A stretch of DNA of 62,013 nucleotides, counting the filler, from Kipferlia bialata (lineage: Eukaryota): assembly GCA_003568945.1 (NCBI GenBank). It is 7 parts of 7 records of this genome, joined end to end, with 100 filler letters (N's around TTAATTAATTAA, not from the genome) between each part and the next. Parts side by side here need not be neighbours in the genome. Positions count along the whole stretch, not along the records: positions 53,655 to 59,286 come from BDIP01001217.1; positions 59,387 to 62,013 come from BDIP01001271.1; 5 more parts are not named here. The stretch is one strand, 5' to 3'. The translations under genes were made by a program, and so were the position numbers. A model generated the notes under the pieces. That model made no database searches. It saw only the letters and a program-made list of their open reading frames with translations, and was not told the DNA's origin. Position 1 is the stretch's first letter. Each line of letters opens with the position of its first letter. This document shows, piece after piece, positions 53,715-62,013 of the stretch.

Positions 53715-54858
53715 CCTTGAGGGCCTGCCTCTTGCTCTGTGTCTCCTCCTTGTTCTTCATGACAGCCAGCAGGGCGGCCTCCTTGGTGGCCTGGGGGGGT
53801 AAGAGAGGAAAGGGGAGAGGCGAGATAGCATCATATGAGGCTCTTACAATGAAAGGACCGATAATACTGTGATACTAGATCACAACAAGCGGCACAGCCA
53901 CTGTACACACATACCTCCTCAGAGAGGGCCGAGTCCCACTTGGCCTGGGCCTTGACACCGGCCACGGCAGCCATCTGGAGCATCTCCTGGGGTGAGACAG
54001 ATACACACACATAGACATAGTGATATAACACACACACAAACAACATAACAGCATGTGTATGGAACAGTGGTGACAGAATAAGTGTATTGAAGCATAGAAG
54101 CCATACCTCCTCTGTGAGCTGGGCGTCTGGGTTGGATGGCACGGAGGCCACGCCCTTGCCCTTGCGCATGGGCTGGTCCTCGGGCTCAGCCTCCACCACA
54201 AGGTCAGGGTCAGCAACCAGACGGGGGGCAGGGGCAGTGCCACGAGCACGCATGGCGTCACGCCTGCTCTTCTTGGTAGATCCAGTCTGCATGCTCTCTG
54301 TGATAGCGTCCTTGCGAGAACGCCCAGCAGGGGGGTTGGTAACAGGGAGACGCAGGGCAAGAGATGTGGAGGTCATGTTGGCGTGAGCCTGCTCGGGGTC
54401 CACACGCAGACCATCGGGGAACCTCTCGCAAAGCCAGTATGGGGTACGCTTGTGTGCACGACAGTCCAGCTCAAAGTACTTCTTCTTAACCTTCAGCTTC
54501 ATGTGCTGGGGAGGGACGTGAGGCAGGTTGATGTTGATCCTGAACTCCTGGCGCCATGCGTTGTAGCGCATGCTGTACTGGGGTGTCACAACCACAACCT
54601 TGGCTGGGGCCTCTGGGGTGAGGGACCCTAGCAACAGGAGCAAAATAGAACATATACACAGAAGGATAGTAGGACAACACATGACGTACTCTTCTCAGCC
54701 TTCTTGATCTCAGGGGCTGGTGCAACTGCATCAACAACAGAGGCACTCTTCTTAGTCTTCGACTTGTGCTCCTTCTTCGACTTGTGCTCCTTCTTCGACT
54801 TCTTCTCCTTCTTCTCCTTCTTCTCCTTCCTCTCCTTGGTTGTGGGAGCCTTGGCCAT
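53715..54858 (-). CDS. Lys-rich protein with HSP20/CS-like beta-sandwich and coiled-coil (3' truncated)
   Basis: EFRININLPHVPPQHMKLKV...ERFPDGLRVDPEQAHANMTSTSLALRLP resembles an alpha-crystallin-like fold. The N-terminus is KEKK-rich. Confidence 0.55.
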
Positions 54859-54907
54859 CGCTAAAGCTTCAGAGAGATGATCCCGTATCGATCTCATTCA
54901 GCTGGAA

Positions 54908-54951
54908 TCCGACAATTCTCCGACAATTCTCCGACAATTCTCCGACAATTC
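54908..54951. repeat. Perfect 11-bp tandem repeat (TCCGACAATTC)x4 in a divergent promoter region
   Basis: Read directly from the sequence, 50 bp upstream of the 54858 ATG. Confidence 0.9.
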
Positions 54952-55091
54952 AGTTTTTGATGCTCCCACAAAAGGGTCTTGTCCCGCAGGGCCACAGGAG
55001 CCACTTCGCGGCTTAAGGTACCACAACTCAATCCAACCTGAAAAATGAAAAGCTGGATGACTCCTCCTTTCCCTCAAGGACTTAAGGCGAT

Positions 55092-56478
55092 ATGAGGTCC
55101 AAGCGTCATGTGGTACGTCTATTGGGTGTGTTGCTAGTTCCCATAGGCATTCAGACTCCCTCACACCAGACTACTGACCAAGTCAAGCAGGCGATTGAGG
55201 ACTTCGACCATGGATATGTGATTAAGGCGCTTCTATCGGATCCTGGGCTTACGTCGTCGCTCCCCCAGGCTGCTATCACCCTAGTATGCAACCAGCTCAA
55301 GTCGGTATGTCACCTAATGTCGTATGTTTCCTTTTCGGTACATCTGGCGCCTTTCTGTCCGTCTCACCCCAGTCTCCGGACAATCCAGAGCTGATGTACT
55401 GTGCCTGCCTCCTGATGCAGTACCCTGGTGCTTGCGCTGCGTTTGTGGGCACTGGTATCGTGGGTGAGGTGCTAGACATGTGTGTGGTCGGCGGCAAGAG
55501 CCACACAGAGTGGGAGTGGCACACCCCGCACCCATCCTACATTACCTTGCCACAGTTGAGCCTGGTGTTCTTCTTGGCCATGCAGTCCCCTGCCGTCAAG
55601 AAGGACATTGGAGGCCGTGTCTGTGACATGCTCCGCACCATATCTGACCCCCTCTGCCCCAGACAGGTCATGGCCGGTCTGGCCCTGGTGCTCACCGGCA
55701 TGCTCACAGCCAAGGGCGCCCAGGACGTGCGCCGCCGGCTGGTGCGTGGAGGTGGTGTGCACACCTTTGTGGACTGCCTACGCGATGCCATTCTGGCCAC
55801 CCAGGACTACCACACCCTCGTCAGCCTCACCCAGTTCCTGATGAGACTCACCCCCTCCCATGGCGTGGCCCTTGACACCTCCCTTGTGGCCAAGATCCTT
55901 CCCGCTGGGTCTCTCCCCTCATTCCAGACCCTGACTGGAGAGCGCTTCCCCGCCCAGACCCCCGACTACATCCGCGACCTGTGCCGGTGTGTCAGGGCCT
56001 CAGACGACGGCACCCCCCTGAGCATCTTCTCCCTCAGCAGCGTGGAGTTTGTGCTGGCAGGAGAGGATCCCCTGTATGTGGAGGGCGGCCTCCTCTATGC
56101 CTCTGCCCATGACCTTGTGGTAGTGGTGACACCCACCAAGAAGGGGTCGCCCCCGCAGACTATCCGCCTTCCCTTTGGATGCCTCAAGACATTCACCGTC
56201 TCCTTCAGGCAGAGCAAGCTCAAGTATGTGCCCGTGTCTGTCTCTCTCTATCTATTTGTGATCATCTAGGCTCATGTCTCTCTCTGGCGCATATCTATAC
56301 CAGTATCCCTTACCCTCAGGTGTACCATGGATCCCAGCACCATTGCCGTGGCCCGCACCTTCCCCCATCAGCTGGCTGGTCTCAACCTGGAGCTGGCCGA
56401 TGCAGACGAGGTCAAGGTGTGTCCCAGAGTAGATACATGTAGAGTTACTATATCGTATTCTGTTAATCCCTGTGTGTT

Positions 56479-56510
<32 letters not shown>

Positions 56511-58659
56511 CCCCCCATCCCACCTCAGGTGTTCACTGAGCGTGTGGGTGCAGACATATCCAGGTCCAAGAAGCAGGCCCGTCTTGCTGCCAGCGAGAGT
56601 GCGACCAAGGTGGGACAGGCAGAGACTGGTCGTGACGAGGTGGAGCGTAGCAACTTTGCCTCACAGAGAGAGGGCGGGACCCTTCGCAAGAGCAGCATCG
56701 CCATCCTCAGACCCACCCAGTCCGTCGAGCGTGCCGCCTACGTCACTCCCTCTGTCGTCAAGCCCAGCGCCCCTGTCCAGGCCCCTGCCAGTGGGGGTGC
56801 CCTCATGGCCGTGACCAGTGCCTCCCAGGAGGCCAGCGAGGAGGGGTCCGTCTCTGAGTACGACGAGGGTCCTAAGCAGGACAAGGGCAAGGGGGGCGAG
56901 GACAAGGGGGACGAGGAGATGCAGACCCAGGATCTCACCCAGGAGCTACCCAAGCCCAAGCCAGTTGAGACCAAGAGGCCTGCCCGCCGCAGAAGCACCC
57001 GTGGGAAGGCCAAGGCCGTTGAGGTCCCCACCCAGCCAGACGGGGAGGAGGTGGAGGAGGTTGAGGAGGTCCCCCCCGTGCCTGTCAAGAAGGGCAGGGC
57101 CAAGAGGGTAACTAGTAAGACCCGTGTGTCTGCCAAGGTTGCTGCCGAGTGTGCCGTGGCCCCCACCTTTGAGCCTGTGGACCCCACCCCCAAGAAGGCT
57201 GCCCCCAAGTCCAGGGGCAGACCCCAGGGCCGCAAGGCAACGCAGAGTGCCAGGAAGGCAGTGGAGGCCACAGAGGAGCAGGAGGAAGAGGCAGAGAGGG
57301 AGGTCACGAGAGCAGCCACCACCAGGCCCCGCAGATCCACCCGAGGCCGCGGCAAGACCCGCGCCAGTGAGCTGAGCCCCACTGTGCCCCAGCCTGCCCC
57401 AGAGGCACAGGTCGAGGAGGCCGAGGAGGAGGTGACCGCTGTGCTTGAGAGTGCCGCCCCCCAGGCCAAGAGGAGGCAGAGCGCCAGAGTGGCCAGGAGA
57501 GTCAGGGCCCCGGTCGAGGAGGACCAGGAGGTGGACAACCCCGACGTGCCCTCCCCCGAGAGACCCACCCCCAAGAGGCCAGCCCCCAAGAAGCGTGCTG
57601 CCAGGCGCACCCCCGCTGTCAAGGCCAAGGCCAGGAGAGGCAGCGCCGGGAAGGCAGGCCTGGGTGCCCTCACCTCAATGGAGGACATGAGGGAGACCGG
57701 CTTCCCCAGCCCCATCCCCGTTGCTGAGCGCGAGTGCCCCTCCCCCCTTGCCACGTCCATCAGCCTCAGTGCACACCCTGTGGACAGAGGGGTCGAGGCA
57801 GACTCCGCCGCCACCACCCACCACACCACCACCCACCACGACGAGGACGACGAGGAGGAGACATCCCCCGAGCCCCTGCCCCGTGGTGTCAAGGGAGACG
57901 AGGTCCATGCCGCACTCTCACGGCTCACAGAGGTATGTATGTCCTATATATATAAGCTCCGTATCTGTCACCACTGCCCCTCACCCTCAGGCCCTGCACA
58001 GAAGACAGAGCCAGCAGAAGAACAAGAAGCTGCGGCACCTGCTGTCCAAGGCCAGGGCCATCCAGAAGAGACTGGTCGACAAGCACAGGAGAGAGAGGGT
58101 GGTGCTCAACGAGACAGTCGAGTCACGCAGGTACTATATATATATATATGGTGTTGTCTCTTGGCATCTGCCCCTACCTGTGTCTCTCACCCCAGGCGTG
58201 ATCTGCAGAAGGTGCTGGCCGCAGATGCCGAGCGTGTGGAGCGTGTACGGGCACAGTTCAGTGCAGAGCTAGGTACGTGAGTGTCTGAAAGGGTTATTAC
58301 ATATATATATATCGTTGACCTAGTGCATCGCCTGACCCCAGCCCGTGCGCAGACCAGGCTGAGTGAGACCAAGAGAGAGATTGCAGAGTTTGGCAAGAAG
58401 GCCGAGGGCGAGAGAGTGGCCCTGAACGGACACCACAAGCTGGATGCTCAGAGAGGTGTCGCAGACATCCAGGTACAAACACTATACCTTCCCACATATC
58501 CCATAATATGTGTACTGACACTGACGCTGCCCTGCCCCTCACCCCCAGGCCCTGGCCGCCCAGTACAAGAGGAGCCTGAGGCAGACCAGGGACGTCAGAG
58601 ACGACACCCTCTCCAAGATCCAGGCCCTGCTGCTAGAGGCAGGCGGCAGCAGTCAGTAG
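55092..58659 (+). CDS. Candidate meiotic axis core protein (SYCP2/Red1/ASY3-like): ARM-like + PH-like + disordered + C-terminal coiled coil
   Basis: The spliced product has a helical N-terminal ~260 aa, a beta-rich segment (SIFSLSSVEF...QTIRLPFGCLKTFTVS), an RKSSIA motif, about 400 aa of K/R/E/P/T-rich disorder, and an ~160-aa coiled coil ending LSKIQALL. The gene itself is well supported; the family call is inference. Confidence 0.5.
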
Positions 58660-58962
58660 ACACTGCCCAGGTGTATGGCTGCAGTGTGGTTGTTTGTGCT
58701 TTGTGTGGTTCGTTGTTCGTTCCCTTGGATTTGTAGGGCACGTGTTTAATAGATGTTACATTTGAGATAACCAATATCACCATCATATATAGTAGTCCCT
58801 CATCATATTCATGGTAAAGCTCGTAACACAATATCACTATCTAGCGATGTCTATTGCAAACAGCCGGTATCAGCGGCCTTGTCAGGGCATCCAGCCCATA
58901 TATAGTAGACTGACCCATGGGCATCAGGGGTCCATCAGGTACCTCTCCCAATATGTCAAGGA

Positions 58963-59224
58963 TCACTCAATCAACTCGCCCTTACCCTGGGGTCAGTGGA
59001 TATAATATAGGGAGTATACACATAGGGAGACGAAGGCATGATAAGGAAATAGTTGATAGCAGATACACTGGTTGTCCACCCACCTTTCTGAGCATGTACT
59101 GCCTGTACTCTCTCTTGGTCTTGACCTTGCAGTACTCTGTCTTGTTCCCCTTGACCTGCCTGCCCTTGGTGGACCCAAAGTCCAGGGGCAGGCCCAGCTC
59201 AGGCAGGAAGGAGGTATCGGGCAC
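58963..59224 (-). CDS. SNRNP27: U4/U6.U5 tri-snRNP 27 kDa protein, 3' end (exons 59084-59224, 58963-58986)
   Basis: LGLPLDFGSTKGRQVKGN...KTKREYRQYMLRK|GKGELIE* matches the conserved FxSTKG...RxYRQYMNRKGG C-terminus. Confidence 0.8.
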
Positions 59225-59425
59225 CTGACGTAAGGAAGAGAGAGAGAGAGGGGGGGGGGGGGGGGGGGAAAAGGGAGGGAAAAAAANNNNNNNNNNNNNN
59301 NNNNNNNNNNNNNNNNNNNNNNNNNNNNNNTTAATTAATTAANNNNNNNNNNNNNNNNNNNNNNNNNNNNNNNNNNNNNNNNNNNNATATACCCACATCT
59401 ATACCCACACACGCAAACACTCACT

Positions 59426-59456
<31 letters not shown>

Positions 59457-59479
59457 GGGGGGGGGGGTGAGAGAATAGT

Positions 59480-60593
59480 AGCACATCCTCCTCACGCACA
59501 GAGGCTATGATGTCCCCCTAGGGCTAAGGAAGAGATAGACATAGAGAGATACAATTGTACATGGACTGATACCTGCATGACCAGCTTGCCCCTCCTGGCC
59601 CTCCTCCTGAGCAGGGCCTGTCTGCGCTCATCGGCCTGGGGTGAGAAGTGTTAATATATATATATAGAGAGAGATAAAAATATGCCATATACAATGAACA
59701 CACCTTCTTGGTCTCCTGCTCCTGCCTCTTGAGCTCAATGTGGCTGGACTCCTGGGCCTCGATCCACTTCTTACGGGTCTCACTCCTGATCTGGGGTCAG
59801 TGTATAGTCTATATATATTAGATATATATACGCTGCACATTGACCCACTTCTTACGGGTCTCACTCCTGATCTGGGGTCAGTGTCCGATACGATAGCACA
59901 TATATATTGACTAGTGTATACAAGTCAGTATATACACTACAAACCCACCTCTGCAATGGCGTTGGCCTGGACAGATGTGGTCAGCTGCTTGGGGGCACCG
60001 GTGGTGACAGTAGTGTTGGCCACTGGGGGTGAGGGGGTATAGGTGGAGAGAACATACAAATAGAGGAATACGATAGAGAGGCAGAACACCCCCTGCAAGC
60101 TCCAAACGACCCCACACTGCGACTTGTATCGTCTAACACTACAGTATTCCCCAGAGATGGGTCTAATGACAATGTAACGACAGATACGTATGACAGTGCA
60201 AGACTACCACACATCGGTATCAACACTCCCCCGCACTCACGCCCCCCTAGACGACATATACATAACACTAATAGTATATACAACCATACACGTACGGTCT
60301 GGGACCTGCTCCCTGGTGCTGTTGAACAGAGACGTGGCAATCTCCTCGGCCTCCAGCTGCGAGTGGGCAACGTTCCAGGCAATCAGGAAGGGGGCAATGG
60401 CAGCCGAGAAGCGCGCCTGGGCCAGCATTGTGGCGCTGGTCTTGACATCGAGCATCACAGACGCCGCAAAGCGCATAATGTTCTCGTCTGCGGCAAAGTC
60501 GCCCAGATCCATCTCCCTAACCAGCTTCTCCATCACAACCTGCACAGAGGCCACAGTAGCCCTGTTGGGCTTATCAATGACGGCACTGGACAT
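59480..60593 (-). CDS. 5' part of a protein resembling the GCN20/ABCF3 N-terminus (3' truncated)
   Basis: A helical N-domain (DENIMRFAASVML...AIAPFL...AEEIATSLF) is followed by PKQLTTSVQ and a charged helix. No ATPase motif is present in the contig. Confidence 0.4.
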
Positions 60594-60819
60594 CTCTGAT
60601 CGTCTCCTAACAGCGATATATGCTCAGGATCGACAGAAAGGACCTCAATAACCACACAAAAACAATCCCTCTCAACACCCTTTGTTCGTGAATCTCTGAG
60701 CTCTCTCGGCAACCTCCCTCTCTTTTCGATTCGCCACTCCCCCCAGTACCTCTAGAGTGCCGAACCAACGAACTGGAATAGCTGCTACTTTGACTGGATC
60801 CCCCTGTAGTGCCTGTAGT

Positions 60820-61374
60820 ATGTCTGGAGTCCTCCCCCGCGTGGTGGGTCTGTCCCAGTACCATGCCTCGGACATGCCCGACAGAGACATGAGCAAGGTA
60901 GGGGTGTATGTGTCGCATATGCATATCTATATATGTGTGTATATCGACAATAGTGTGTGTGGGTGCATATATCTGTGTCACACTCCCACCTGCCCATCTC
61001 TTTACTATCTCTCTCTCTCTCTCTCACCCCCAGGCTGCCCACTTCTTTGATGTTGTGACTGGTGCTGTGGTGTATGCCAGTGGCATGGATGCAGTGCTGA
61101 GGATACCAGTGACAGGGAGCACAGTGCTTAGACACACAGGTACGTATACACGTATACTACATGAATGTATTGAGCACATGGATTCAATCCCCCCCCCCCC
61201 CTCCCATCCATACGTGTATGTATACCTCCCAGTGGTACCACTGTATGTCCATCGGCTCACCCTCGGTCTCTCCCTCTGTCTTTATACATGATACTATGTC
61301 CCTAACCAATTATGCTGGTACCACTCATCTCTCTGTCTCATGCATAAGTGCATCTGACGATGCCTCTGCTGCCA

Positions 61375-61417
<43 letters not shown>

Positions 61418-61487
61418 ATATATATATATATAGATATATTCATATACTCACCTTTAGGTGCCTCTGACGATGCCTCTGCTGCCAACC

Positions 61488-61521
<34 letters not shown>

Positions 61522-61597
61522 CTATGTATATATATATATATACATATATTCATAAACTCACCTTTAGGTGCTTCTGACGACGCCTCTGCTGCCAACC

Positions 61598-61639
<42 letters not shown>

Positions 61640-61959
61640 ATATACTCAGCCACAGGTGCCTCTGACGACGCCTCTGCTGCCAACCCCCTCTCTCTCTCTC
61701 TATTTTCTCTCCTTCTCTCTCTGTCTTACCTATATCTCTCTCTCTCTGTCTCTCATGCATAGGTGCCTCTGATGATACCTCTGCTGCCAACCCCCCTGTG
61801 GTCCTGAGACTGCACGACACAACAGGTACAGGGTTATATGTGTATATGTGTATCATTTGTTACAACGGACATTGGTTTGTAAATGCACTATATTCATAAG
61901 TACCCCTCACCCCTAGTCGGCACTGTCTACATGCACAATGAGCGTGGCATGCTGAGTGT

Positions 61960-62013
<54 letters not shown>
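60820..62013 (+). CDS. Hypothetical protein, 5' exons (3' outside window)
   Basis: In-frame exons read MSGVLPRVVG...MSK|AAHFFDVVTGAVVYASG...|ASDDTSAANPPVVLRLHDTT. Confidence 0.45.
61346..61825 (+). repeat. Five tandem copies of exon start AG|GTGCCTCTGACGATGCCTCTGCTGCCAACCC; only the last continues to a donor
   Basis: Copies at about 61348, 61457, 61566, 61654 and 61761. The first four run into (CT)n. Confidence 0.9.

Noticed and set aside
56738..57928. 396-aa minus-strand ORF
   Set aside because: It is the antisense shadow of the GC-rich plus-strand exon, whose splice sites and codon pattern support the plus strand.
61346..61825. CRISPR-like repeat-spacer appearance (also 31196-31857, 52134-52585)
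   Set aside because: The repeats are copies of coding exon boundaries, the spacers are microsatellites of uneven length, the context is eukaryotic and no cas genes are present.
1..62013. rRNA, tRNA, transposase or reverse-transcriptase genes
   Set aside because: None was recognisable by eye. Small ncRNAs cannot be excluded without a covariance-model search.

Overview
Eukaryotic, intron-dense genomic DNA made of seven contigs joined by artificial 100-nt linkers (44N-TTAATTAATTAA-44N at 6701-6800, 18422-18521, 30138-30237, 41849-41948, 53555-53654, 59287-59386). Short GT-AG introns end in CT[CGA]AC(C)nAG and carry (CT)n/(TA)n/poly-C tracts. With the expanded kelch-like family, this suggests a free-living fornicate such as Kipferlia bialata (inference, not verified). 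Manual splicing recovers about 22 genes or gene fragments. Recognisable ones are a PA28/REG proteasome activator, REV1, the SNRNP27 3' end, ABC-F fragments, an EF-hand protein, an LRR protein, a CUB-like repeat membrane protein, an Lnt-like membrane nitrilase-fold enzyme, an arylsulfotransferase-like 3' half joined to a kinase 5' end, a candidate SYCP2/Red1/ASY3-like protein, and two head-to-head paralogues fusing a WRKY/GCM1(MULE)-like Zn finger to a kelch-like propeller. The most unusual signal is pervasive 'exon echoes': introns hold tandem partial copies of the adjacent exon with one splice site. These copies differ mostly at synonymous codon positions although they look untranslatable, and one case resembles an intron arising by AG|GT tandem duplication. 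Four divergent gene pairs have a 215-235 bp spacer that shares an ACAAA(A)GGGT motif. All gene models were spliced by eye and need RNA-seq confirmation.
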